From the NCBI RefSeq assembly GCF_009914755.1, contig NC_060933.1: a DNA stretch of 64,000 nt, one strand, 5' to 3'. Under the pieces are notes generated by a model. It was not told the origin of the DNA. It saw nothing but the letters and a program-made list of their open reading frames with translations, and made no database searches. The position numbers were made by a program, and so were the translations under genes. This stretch comes from the human T2T-CHM13v2.0 reference genome, Homo sapiens. Within the stretch, counting starts at the first letter, position 1. Each line of letters begins with the position of its first letter. Positions 1 to 12,529 of the stretch are shown piece by piece.

Positions 1-42
1 CTTGCACACATATGCTGATGGATAAGGGAAGGCAAGGTCTGT

Positions 43-97
<55 letters not shown>

Positions 98-705
98 AGC
101 AAAGCCATGTAGGTGGTGGGCATGGGTGAGCATGCAGGCAAAGCAGCACAGAGTAGGCTATTGTCAGGGGAGGGCACGAGCAGGCTGGTGCTTTTCCATG
201 GGGTCTGCTTTGCTGGAGCATTCTGCCGGTCAGGGGCAGTCCAGGGCAAGAGCTATGATATGCTGGGCAGGCCAGGTTGGGGCCTGAGGAGAGGCCAGCT
301 GATAAACGGGTGCTCAGGTCAGACCAGCCTTGCTTCTTGCACAAGACCACCCTGCATATTTCGGGTCCAATAGTTCCCCTAGGGCTAAAGTACCCTATGG
401 GAACAAGTCAAGCCTAGGGGGATGGGTGTCCCTGGTCATGCTCCATTACAGATGCTCTCACACCAGATGCTCTGGGCTCCCCACCAGCTGGAGTTCTGCC
501 CCTACCACTTCTCTAAGCAGCTCTCCCTGCCAACTGAAGTGTGTGTGATGGTCAAGGGGTCTCCTGCCAGGATTCTGAGTGGGTTGCTCCTTGCTTGTTC
601 AACTCATCCCTTCCACAGGAGTCACTGGGGGCCAGGAATGAGTCCCAGTGCATGGTAGCCCCAAGAAAGTTCCTGGCTTCCTCCCTCTTCAGCCCAGTAT
701 CTGTG
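1..705 (-). mobile_element. 5'UTR portion of an older primate L1 (L1PA13-16/L1PB-type), running off the left edge of the window
   Basis: GC-richer sequence sharing motifs with the L1 5'UTR at 17390-18418 (e.g. gcttcctccctcttcagcc vs gcttcctgtctcttcagcc). Confidence 0.6.
44..96. repeat. (CA)n microsatellite, about 26 units
   Basis: Uninterrupted CA run; source of the THTH ORF 12..287. Confidence 0.98.
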
Positions 706-708
706 CTG

Positions 709-3170
709 AAGGTTTTTATATCAAGGTTCTACTGGTGTCATAGAATTTGTTGGAAAATGTTCCTTTTTTGTATTTTCCTAAAGAATTCATGTAAAGTAGA
801 TGTTATTTTCTCCTCAACTGTTTCATAGAATTCACTGGGATGGGAAAGCCATCTGGAAGTTGTTTTATTTGTGGGAAGGTTTTCTTTAATATGTCGAGGG
901 TTATTCATATATTCTTTTTACTCTTGTGCTGATTTAGTGTGCTGTGTTTTTATCTGAATTTATACATTTCATCTATATTTTCATATTTATTGGTAAAAAT
1001 AATATATATGTTTAATGCTTGTGGAGTCTGTAGTGATGTTGCTCATTTCATTCTTAATATTAATAATGTGAATATTTCTTTTCCCTTCATTAGTCTAGCC
1101 AGAAGTTTTTCCATTTTATTTGTCTTTACAAAGTAACAAGTTTTCGTGTTTTAAAGTCTTTCTGTAGTTTGTTTTCTATTTTATTAATTTCTGCTCTTAT
1201 ATTTGTTATTTCCTTCCTTCTGTTAATTTCTATTCACTTTGTTGCTCTTTTTCTAACTTTTTGAGGGAGGAACTTAGATCATTGATTTTTAGCTTTTCTT
1301 GTTTTCTAATATACTAAATTAACAGTATAACTTTCATTTTAAACATGACTTTTGCTAACTTGTACATTTGATTTAATATGTCATATTTTAATTACCATTC
1401 AATTAAAATAGATCTTTTTATTTCCTTTGTTTTTCTTCTGTGACCCATGGATTAATTTAAAATGTATTGAATATTTTTCAGCTCTATGGGCATATTCTTA
1501 TCTTTTGTTATTGATTCAGAGGTTAATTACTCTGGGGTCAGAGAATATATTTTGTATTATTTTCATCATTTGAAATGTGTTGAGAATTGTTTCATGATAT
1601 AGCAAATAAAGAGCTTTTATAAAAGTTATTTTTGCTCTTGAAAAGCAAAATGCAAAATACTGCATGTGTATTTTGCAGATATTGAGTGAAGCATTCAATG
1701 TATGTCAATTAGCTCCAGTTGATTGATATTGTTTTTCAAGTCTTCTAGATTCTTATGGATATTTTGCTATTTATTCTTAGATATATTAAACCTTAATACT
1801 ATGTGGATTTTTCCATTTCTCCTTTTTATTTCTATTTTGTTGCTTGTATTTTAAAGGTTGTATTAACCACATGCAGATTTAAAATTTTTGTGTTTTCTTT
1901 ATTATACTTTTGTCATTGTAAAATTTACTTCGTTATCTCGAATAATACTTTTTTCTTAAACAGCTACTTTGATATTAAGATATTAATATTGCAATATCAA
2001 CTTTCTTTGTTTTAGGATTAACATGATATATCTTTTCATCCTTTGACTTGTATTGTAAAAAGCTATAGCTTTTAATTTTTAAATTAAGTCTGGCAGTTAT
2101 TATTTTTAATTGGCATAATTATTAACCTAACTATATTTTAATTATTTTTTTTAAATTTGGAGGTCCAATCTTTATTGTACTTATTTTCTATTTGTTGCTA
2201 TTTGTCTTACAGAATTTGTGTTTCTTTTTGTCTTTTCAATAATTTTTTTTAATTTGTAGTTTTATTCTGAAATTCTTCACCTTGTCAGTTAATTCTCTGA
2301 ATGTCTCAATCATAATTATATTAAAGTCAAATATAAGCTTTTTTCCACCTTTTTATTTGGTGTTTTCTATTTGTTCCAGTTTTTTAACTTTCTTTTTCTT
2401 CTTGCATTTTAAATTTCATTTTTCTTTTTGCTTGATTCTATCTGTTTTCCTTTGCTAAACTGAAAGATCTGCCCTCCATTTCTAATTTTTCAATCAGTTA
2501 TTACTGAAATTGTACAATGCATAAAGTCTTAAAGTTAATTTCTTTATCTTCATTGTGAAAAAGCAATTCTCTTCCAACTCACATGCCAGTATTTTTCAGC
2601 ATTTTCTGTTATTCTTTTTAATCCCAAAAATGACTTATTATTATTATTATTATTATATTATATAAGCAGTACTAGTCTACATTTACCTGCATACTATCTG
2701 ATCTCTTTGCTCACTATTCCTTCTTTTATTGCAGACCTTCTTACTGGAATTATCTCTCTGATTGCTGAAGTACGTACTTTTGAGTTTCCTTTAAAGAACA
2801 TACATTGATAGTAACCTTGTCAGTTCCAGCTACTCAGACTATGAAACAACTTTAGTCCCTTCGTATCCTGGCTTACAATTGGAATCTCAGGCTCAACTCC
2901 TTTCCCTTGTTAGTCTAAGGCTTAGCTTTCTTTCTGCAGTGTCCTGCACTCAGGTATCATTGCAAGGCTGACATTTGAAGTTGCTTTTAAGATGAAGTCA
3001 CTTTTTTGTACTTGCTTGAAAAAGTTCCTACTAGCTCTGTTTCATCTCACTGTTTTTTGTTACTTAGTTCTTATTTTGTCCTAGCAATTCATTAAAAATT
3101 CTACTTTACCCAAATCTAGTTGTTTACAATGGAGGGACCTCCAGAATATTTAATCTACATTACTGCCTGG
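709..3170 (-). mobile_element. Ancient L1 (L1M/L1ME-type), degraded ORF2 and 5' region
   Basis: T-rich antisense-ORF2 motifs (tcaaggttctactggtgtcatagaat, attaatttctgctcttatatttgttatttcc, ggtcagagaatata). Confidence 0.7.
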
Positions 3171-3619
3171 GTGTGACAGCTGTTGATTGATGGGCCTCTT
3201 ATGTATACTCTCATGCTATAAATGACATTGTTTTTGAGGATGAAACAATTGGTGTATCTCTGCCATCTGGCTGTTTCTGATGAAGCATGGCTATAACATG
3301 AAGTATCTATGGTTAAAAAAAAAAGGCAGTGATTTCTATTTATCGTGATGTACTAACACAAACTCAGACTTCAAGGATTCATTAACCTTCGCTATTTTCT
3401 ATTTCTCCTGAGCGTTACCTTTATCTGGTAGGCCATGAAATGTTATAGTAATTATAACATTTTATATCTGTAAAACATATTAGAAATTGAGTAACTCTAT
3501 AGCTCTTCCTTTGTTTTTGGAGTACTCACATCTTACATTTCTGTGATGAATGTCAGAAGCAATAATGAAAGAATGTGACACTTTGTGTTCCTATTTGACA
3601 TTTCTTCTCCTTTCCCAGC

Positions 3620-4150
3620 CCATGAGCTTTTTCCTCCTTCCTAAGAGCTAATTCACTGCCAACACTATCTTATCTACTTACAGGGCTCTGGAAGCCATTT
3701 TCAAACTACATGAGCTTGGCTGCCAATGATTGCATTAGGGGTGATAACCTGATCAAATCCGAGCCAATAAAATTTTTTTAGGGGAATTGGAATTGGAAGA
3801 CAATAGAATTAGAGACTGAAAGTTCAATAAAGTTAAAGGAAGAGATATAGAAACAAAATCTGCAAAATGCTACTACTGTAGTCTAAAGTTGCACAGGTTC
3901 CTAACCTGAGTTAAACCAAAGGTTTGCCAGATCTGTATCACAATTCAAATTCCTCTAATGCTTCCACCTTCTTATTTCCAAGGCATTAATCTTTAAGAAA
4001 TTTCTTTACATACCAAATTGCATCTCACCGTCTGCTTCTGGGGAACCCAACTTGCAACACTCAGTATATGTCCAGTAATTTTCTCTTATATTTTTAATCT
4101 AAATTGAGTTGGTTCTGTCACTTGCAACCAAGAGTATTAAGACTTTATAG
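3620..4150 (+). mobile_element. Degraded ERVL-class LTR(s) (LTR33/LTR16-like)
   Basis: LTR-terminal-like motifs gtctgcttctggggaacccaac (about 4030) and tctgtcacttgcaaccaag (about 4115). Confidence 0.4.
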
Positions 4151-4629
4151 TATTTACATAGTGAGTAGCATAGGTAATCAGCAGGGATGTTTAGCAGCTT
4201 TGATAATATCCTGATTGGATGTTGAAAGTATTTAAATTTTTCCCTTAGGACAGAGGGTAACATTTAGGATTACTTGAATTACTCCAATTCAGATGAAATT
4301 ATATTAGCTCTTATATATAAAACCCTTTACTCTTTGGAGAACACTTTCAAAAATCATGTATATTCTGTTTATCTTTATAAACCTACAATCCAGCACAGTT
4401 ACCAGAACAAGCTTGAGTATTTATTATTTCTATGTGTCCAGAACTTTTCAAGTTCTTTTAGCTATACAATTTTTTGTATATTTCAATATTTTGATATATT
4501 CAATACATTGTTGTTAACTGTAGTCACCCTACTCTTCTATTAAACATTAGAATTTATTCCTTCTATCTAACTTTACATTTATACTTATTAACCAGGCTCT
4601 TCATGCCTCCCTCTCCCTGTACACACACC

Positions 4630-4838
4630 CATCCTCTCCAGCACCTGTTGTTTCCTGACTTTTTTATGATCGCCATTCTAACTGGTGTGACATGGTCTCT
4701 CATTGTGGTTTTGATTTGCATTTCTCTGATGGCCAGTGATGATGAGCGTTTTTTCATGTGTCTGTTGGCTGCATAAATGTCATCTTTTGAGAAGTGTCTG
4801 TTCATATCCTTTGACCACTTTTTGATGGGGTGGTTTGA
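4630..4838 (-). mobile_element. Young L1PA ORF2 C-terminal fragment embedded in the L1MA
   Basis: Near-identical to 26614-26820 and 49961-50168; translates as [19 protein letters not shown]...[11 protein letters not shown]. Confidence 0.85.
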
Positions 4839-5108
4839 TTATTTTAAAAAGGCAAAAAATAACAGATGCTGGTGAGAATGCGGAGCAAAGAGAACTTTTA
4901 TATACTGTTAGTAGAAATGTAAACTAATACAGTTACTATGGAAAACAGTATGGAGATTTCTCAAAAAAAAAAAAAAAGCTAAAAACAGAACAACCATATG
5001 ATCCAGCAATCCCACTACTGGGTATTTACCTATAGAAAAAAACATCAGTATATCAAAGGGCTACCTGCTCCTTCATGTTTATTACTTATTCACAATAACA
5101 AAGATATG
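4838..5108 (+). mobile_element. Inverted internal segment of the L1MA element
   Basis: Sense-strand L1MA ORF2 end (aacagatgctggtgagaatgcggag...atgatccagcaatcccactactgggtat) flanked by antisense L1. Confidence 0.85.
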
Positions 5109-8100
5109 TTTTTACTGTTGAAATGATTTAGTTCCTTGTCTATTCTGGATATTAGTCCTTTGATAGATAAATAGCTTGCAAATATTTTCTGCCATTCAAC
5201 AGGTTGTCTCTTCACTGTGTTAATGGTTCCCTTTGTTGTGCAGAGCTTTTTCGTTTAATATAGTCCAATTTGGTTCTGTTGCCCGTGCTTTCGAGGTCTT
5301 AGCCATAACATCTTAGCCTAAACCAAAGTCCTGAAGTGCTTCCCTAGTGTTTTCTTCTAGTTGTTTTATAATTTCAGGTCTTATGTTCAACTCCATCTTG
5401 AGTTAATTTTTCTGTATGTTGAGAGATAGGTGTCTAGTTTCATTTTTCTGCATATGGATATCTTACTTTCCCAGCACCATTTATAGAAAACTGTTCCTTT
5501 CCAAAATGTATATTCTTGGCACCTTAGTAAAAAATCAGTGGGCTATAAGGATGTGGATTTATTTCTGGGTTCTTTTTTCTATTCTATTGGTCTCATGTGT
5601 CTGTTTTTATACCAATGCCATACTGATCTGGTTACTATATTCTTGTAATATATTTTGAAGTCAGGTAGTGTGATGCCTCCAGCTTTATTCTTTTTGCTCA
5701 GGATTATTTGGGCTATTTGGGTTCTATTTTGATTATATATAAACTTTAGGATATTTTTTCTATTTTTGCAGAAAATGCCATTAGTATTTTGATAGGAATT
5801 GCATTGAATATGTAAACTGCTTTGAGTAGTATAGTCATTTTAACAATATTAATTATTCCAATCCATGAGCATGAGATGTCTTTCCATTTGTATGTGTGCT
5901 CTTCAATTTATTTCTTCAGTGTTTTTAGTTTTCCCTGTGGAGCTCTTTAACCTGTTTGGTTAAATTTATTTCTCTTTTTTTGTTTTTGTTTGTGTAGCTA
6001 CTGCAAATGAGATTGCCTTCCTGATTTCTTTTTCAGCTATTTCATTATTAGTCTATAGAAACATTACTGATTTTTTAATGTTGATTGTTGAATTTGTATC
6101 TTACAACTTTACTGAATTTATTCATCCAAACTATGGGGTTTGGGGAGGAGTCTTTATGTTGTTCTAGGTGTAAGATCATTTTTTTCAGTAAAAAGTGACA
6201 ATGTGACTCCCTCTTTTCCAATCTGGATGACTTTTATTTCTTTCTCTTGCCTGATTTCTCTGGTTAGAACTTCTAGTACTGTGCTGAATAGGATTGGTGA
6301 GCATGAGCATCTTCATCTTGTTCCAGTTCCTAGAAAAAAAGGCTTTCAGCTTTTCCTCATTAACTATGATGCTAGCTGTGGGTTTGTCATATATGGCCTT
6401 TATTATGTTAAATGTCTCTCTTCTATGCCTAGTTTATAGAAAGTTTTTCTCCTGAAGGGGAGTAGAATTTTATCAAATGCCTTTTCTGCATCTTTTAACA
6501 CTGTAGTGGATTTTTATCTTTTATTCTCTTGATGTGATCTATCATGTTTATTGATTTGTTTATGTTGAATTATCCTTTTATCCCTGGGATAAATCTCACT
6601 TGTCTATAATGTATTATCTTTTTAATGTGCTCTTAGATTCAGCTTGCTAGTATTTTGATGAGGATATTTATGTCTATGTTCATCAAAAATATTGGTCTGT
6701 AGTTTTCTTTTTTGTTGCATCCTTGTCTGGTTGTGGTATTAGGGTAATTCTGAGCTTGTAGAATGAGTTAGTTCTTCATCATCCTGAACATTTTTTTGTT
6801 GGGAGACTTTTCAGCACTGATTCAATCTCACTACTCATTATTGGTCTGTTCAGGTTTTCAATATATTTCTGATTCAATCTTTGTAGTTTGTATTTATGCA
6901 GGAACTTACCCACTTCCTCTAGATTTTCTAGTTAGTTGGCATGTAATTGCTCATAATAGTCTGTGATGATCTTTTCCATTTCTGTAGTATCAGTCATATT
7001 GTTTGCTTTTTTATTTCTGATTTTGTTTATCTGGGTCCTCTTTCTTTTTTTTCTTGGTTAGTTAGTGGTTTATCATTTTGGTTTATCTTTTCAAATAACC
7101 ATTTTTTATTTCATTGATCCTTTTTTAGTCTCATTTTGTTTAATTCTCCTCTAATCTTTATTGTTTGTTTGTTTGTTTGTTTGTTTCTAATTTGGGGCTT
7201 GGTTTGTTGTTTCTTTTCTAGATTCTTGAGATCCATCATTAGATTGTTCATGTGAAATCTTTGTTTTGTTGATATATGCACTTATTGCTATGAAATTCTC
7301 TCTTAGCACTGCTTTTGCTGTATCCCACAGGTTTTGGTATGTTGTGTTTCCATTACATTTGTTTTAAAGTATTTTTGATTTCCATCTTAATTTCTTCAAT
7401 AACTTAATTCAGAAGCATGTTATTTAATTTCATGTATTTGTACAGTTCCCAAAGCTCCTTTGGTATTGGTTTCTAGTTTTATTCCTTTGTGGTCTGAGAA
7501 GATAACTTGAAATGATTTTGGTTTTTTTTTTTTACTTTTTGAGAGTTGTTTTGTGTTAAACATATGGTCAATCCTGGAGAATGTTTTATGTGCTGATTAG
7601 AAGAATGTGTATTCTGTACCTGTTGGATGAAATGTTCTGTAAAAGTCTTTTAGGTCCATTTGATCTAATGTGCAGTTTAAATCCTATGTTTCCTTATTAA
7701 TTTTCTGACTTGATGATCTGTCTAATGCTGAGAGGGGAGTGTTGAAGTTTCCAATTATTATTGTTTTGGAGTCTGTGAAGTCCTTTAGATCTAATAATAT
7801 TTGTTTTATTCATTTGGGTGCTCCAGTATTGGGAGCATATATGTTTAGAATTGTTATATCCTCTTGCTGAATTGATCCTTTTATCATTATATAGCCACAT
7901 TCTTTCTTTCTTTTTTTTTTTTTTTTTGCTGTTTGTTACTTTAAGAGTCTGTTTTATTTGATCTAAGTATAGCTATTCTTTTTACATGGAATATATTTTT
8001 CCATCCCTTTATGTTCAGTCTATATGTGTCACCACATGTAAGATAAGTTTCTTATAAGCAGGATGTAGTTGGATCATGTTTTTTTAATCCAATCAGCCAG

Positions 8101-10329
8101 TCTATATATCTTAGGTGGACAGTTTAATCCATTTGCTTTCAAGCTTATTAGTGATATGTGAGAGCTTATTCCCATCATTTTATTTATTGATTTCTAGTTG
8201 TTTTTTATATGCTTTGTTTTTTTCTTTCTCTGTCATTATCATTGTGGTTTAGTGGTATTCTACAGTGGTAATATTTGAAGCTTTCTTTTTCTTCTTCGTA
8301 TGTTTATTCTACCACTGGTTTCTATATTTCCATGTGTTTTCATGATGATAGTTATTGTTCTTTTGCCTCCAGGTGTGGGACTTCCTTAAGCATTTCTTGT
8401 AGGGCTAGTCCCCAACTTTTCCTTTTCTGGAAAGATTTTATTTCTTCTTCATTTATGGAGAATAATTTTGCTGGATATTGCATTCTTGGGTGGTAGTTTT
8501 TTTTTCAGTATTTTGAATATGTCATCTCATTCTCTCCTGGCCTATAAAGTTTCTGCTGAGAAATCACTGTTAGTCTGATGGAGTTTCCTTTATAGCTGAC
8601 TTGATACTTTTGTCTTGCTGTTTTTAGAATTTTCTTGTTTTCTTTTACTTTTGATAGTTTAACTATAATGTGCCATGAAGAAAATCTTTTTGAGTTGTAT
8701 TTGTTGATCTTTGAGCCTCCTATATCTGGATGTCTAAATCTCTTGCTAGACTTGGAAAATTTTCATCTATTATTGTGTTAAATAGATTTTCTAAGACTTT
8801 CACTTTTCCTTCACCTTTTGGGACACCAAAATTTTGAGTATTTGGTCACTTTATAGTGTCCCATATGTCATTAAGGCTTTGCTCATTCTTTTTTTATTTT
8901 TATTTTTTATTTTTTTTGTCTGGGCTATTTCAAAAGATCCGTCTGCAAGTTCTGATTCTTTTTTCTTCTTGAGCTAGTCTATTATTGAAGCTCTCAAGCA
9001 TATATTTTATTTTATTTTGTGAATTCTTCACTGCCAAGATTTCTGTTTAGTTCTTTTCTTATAATATCGCTTTGGTTTAGGGCACTCATAAATTTGTGGT
9101 GGCCCCAATGCTGGGGGCAGCAGGGTTGCTACCAGTGGTTGGCACATCAGCCCTGGTGCTGGCAGCCAGCAGTGGCAAAGGCTGTAAGTGGGCGAGCTTG
9201 TCCTCGGGGTGCTTGTGAATGTGTGGTGGCCTCACCGCTGAGGTGGCAGGTTTGCTGCCAGTGACTCATGCTTCAGCCTTAGCAGCATAGCCAGCAGCAG
9301 CAGTGGCTGTGGATGGAGGATGTAAACTGAGTTCTACGGATGTGGAATTGCAGGGACTGTTGGCTGCCAGGGCAAGATGTAGTCTGGTGGGTGCTGGACT
9401 CTCAAAATGGTGTTGTGCTGTAGCTGCTTAAGACTCACAGGGGTAGTGGTGTATGAGACCCAGCATGAGCTTCCTCTCAGGAGCAATGTCATTGCCCAGG
9501 CAGCTCCCTGTGTTAGTCTCAGGGCCTGTGAAGGTGGAGGGGTTTTCTTGTAGTTAGGATTGCAGGAGTTTTTGTTGGAAATGTGGACCACTAGAGGTCT
9601 TTCACTTGCCCTTTCCCCACATTAGAGAGCCTGCCAGGCTCCGAGGAAATCCTGACCAACAGGCTGCCTTGCTCCCACCTCCTTACTTGCCTTAGGTGTT
9701 TCTTGTCACTTCTCTGTTGAATTCTAGTGCTCTCTTTTAGATGATCTGTTCAATGTTTGATTATCTACTCACCATTTTGGTTCTTCTCTGTGGAAGACAC
9801 CAGTACCTGAAGCCTCCAGTCTGCCATTTGGAAGTTCCTCCCTCCCATTCCTTTTCAGAGGCTCTTTGTCTCTGACCCACATGTTCACTCTTGCTCTCCT
9901 ATCTTATCTTTTTCCTAACCCTCCACTCCACCACCAGAATCTTTCATGGTAAATGTATCTTCCATATCCTCAGGCTTCTTTCTTAGTATTTCCTTGCCTT
10001 CATTCTCCCCTGAGTTTACAACTGCTCCTTGCAGCTTTCTCCCTATCAAAAAGAAGAAACTCCAATTTTCAGCAAATATATTCATGTGGACTGGTATCTT
10101 GTAGTAATTGTTAATCACAACAGGAGGTGTTATATCATGCTCAGAGTGACCAAGGCAAGAGACTTAGAAAGAGTCTAGTATTTGTAATTCTAGCTTTGTA
10201 TCCAAGAGAGTGCCCAGCTGTGGATAAGGTATGTATCAAAATTGCAAGGGCAAGGGATCCATTCTGATAAATCAATGATGATTCCAACAGTGATATTATG
10301 TCAGGGGAGTTTGGTAAGGAAAATAGAAG

Positions 10330-10785
10330 CAACTCTACATATTCCAAGTTTGAATGGTTTTGACTAAGGAAATTAAGCTTATCAATCATTGGAAAGCACA
10401 AAGGAATTAAGGTCAAGGAGTACCAAAGTACACTCTGGTACTTAACCTTGAAGCAAAAGATTCTCAATAGCTCACCTAGAAGCCATTGCAAACCTTAGGA
10501 ATCTCTAGGAAATTTGCACCAGCTAACCGGCTCGTCTACATGAGTAAAATGGGTGGCTTTAAAGGATTTGTTAGATATCTGCTGTGTTCCCACACACTTG
10601 CATGTAGAATATTTGACCTCCTTTTCTAATGTCTTCCAACTCTTGTTTAAGTGCCTCCTATTGGCCAACTCTAACCTGGAACAATAAAGGGAAGGAAGAA
10701 AATTCTGGGAAATGTTGCTTCCATGCAGTGATGAATTAGAAGGAGCTGGTGGTGATACAAAATTGACAAGGGACTAGTCAGACCT
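10330..10785. mobile_element. Possible ancient ERVL-type LTR fragment
   Basis: Motif ggccaactctaacctggaac...attctgggaaatgt resembles old LTR families; boundaries uncertain. Confidence 0.35.
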
Positions 10786-12529
10786 TTCCCACTGGGCTTC
10801 AGGAAAACTGAACATATTCATAAACCAAAGGAGGCATCAACTAGATCCAGGCCAAAATATTAATTTCTTCCTTCAGCCAGGTTATATAGCAGAAATAGAT
10901 TTGGGGCCCCAGAGGAAAGAAATCCAGTTAAATTTCACATTGCCAGAATTAAGCAATTAATGTATGCAATGTGAGGCTTGGCAAATAAGCATTTTTTTTA
11001 AATTTTAAAATATTCCCATTCCTTTTTTGGAAATTTATATAGTATGTGCCACTCCTCAATCTTTCTGCTATTTCTGAATTGCATTAAAACATTAATTAAA
11101 TGAATTCAGCAATCAATCCTAACAGGCTTTCCCCTTGGAATAAAGTAAAAGTTAATTTATTTCTACTTAATTACCTCATTTCAGCCTTGCCATGTTTATT
11201 AATAATGAATATCTGTTCCTTTTTAAATGGCATTGATCACTAATTTTCACTGACGCTGAGGAGATTTGACATGACAAATGTCCAGAACTAGAAGTTCAGA
11301 GTTATTGTTCAACTGGATATACTTACAGCATAATCAATTTGTAAGCAATCTATACTTACTCCATATGTACCAAACACAGCAATACAGTAGAAAAGCACAA
11401 TATATTTTTTTTTCAGTATGTTTTTTGCTAAACCCTGAACTCCAAGTTAACTCTTGTGAACTTGGGAAACTAACACATTTACACTCACTGTATGGGGTTT
11501 CTCTCCCCCTTTCCCTCTCTTGGTCCTGCTTTCACACAGTGAATGTCACCAAGACTAATTGATTCATTTTTAGTTTAGGAGAAATCATTCCAATTGATGT
11601 TTTTAGCCATCTCTTTAATAATGTCAAATGATTAGAAACAGGTGAGGTGAGAGACACTTACTACTTGCAGAGAGGAGTGGTGTAAATGGTATCGATCTGC
11701 AATTAAGGGTTTACAGTAGAGAAACATTCACCACATTACTTAAAGTGTAAATACCTATCATCTGATTTATTTTTGTCCTATATCCAAACATGTGTAACAC
11801 AGTTTTGCTCTTTCGTTTGGCTTCCTCCACCTCCTTTTTTTTTTTTTTAATGTTTTGACACAAGCCCAATCTGTTCTATAAAGTTGTTTAGGTTTCACTT
11901 CTAAAGACTAAGGTGATAAGAAGAAAAAAGGAATTAAAAAAAAAAGGAGAAAAAGGCAAGGGAAAGGCAAGGCTTATAGACTTAGAACCTAAATATATCA
12001 GTCAGTCATAAGGAATAAAAAAGACTCAGCCCTTCAAAGTTGATGCCCAGAAGCAAAACCAAGGAAGACGTCCCGCTCGGGCTTCCACCACCTCCACCCC
12101 ATTATAAAGTGAAAGTGTCCTCTCTAATGTGGCTTGTCTGGAAATCCTCAGAGAAACAGCAGACAGGTCACACAAATATAGAAGTTAATTCTCTCTGCTT
12201 GATAAAAACTTTCTCTGGTCAAGAGAAAAAATATGGGGTAGGGATCTCTCAGGATATGAGAATATGAATAAGGACTGACTAGACGGAAAAGAGGGTCAAG
12301 TTGGTAAACCCGGGAAGGCATGAAGTGGAAGAAGCATATTTTCCTTTTATTCTGTCAAATCAGTAAAAGTAAGGTAGAATCCAGTTGCTACGTTCCTATT
12401 TAGATAAACACTATAAGCACTAATATTTTTAAGAGAAAACTCTTATAACAGCATCTAATGAATTTATGAAATTAGCACCACTTTTCTAATTAAACAATTC
12501 CTCAAGTAATACAAAGGATAATTTATCTT

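Larger units (their letters stand above)
4413..9836 (-). mobile_element. Near full-length L1MA3-like LINE-1, internally rearranged and inactive
   Basis: L1MA-type 3'UTR at 4413-4620, antisense ORF2 about 5109-8100, ORF1 about 8400-9060, GC-richer 5'UTR ending in gtctgccatttggaag. Confidence 0.85.

Noticed and set aside
12-828. Cluster of overlapping short ORFs, including a THTH repeat
   Set aside because: Products of a CA microsatellite and antisense L1 5'UTR; no coding signature
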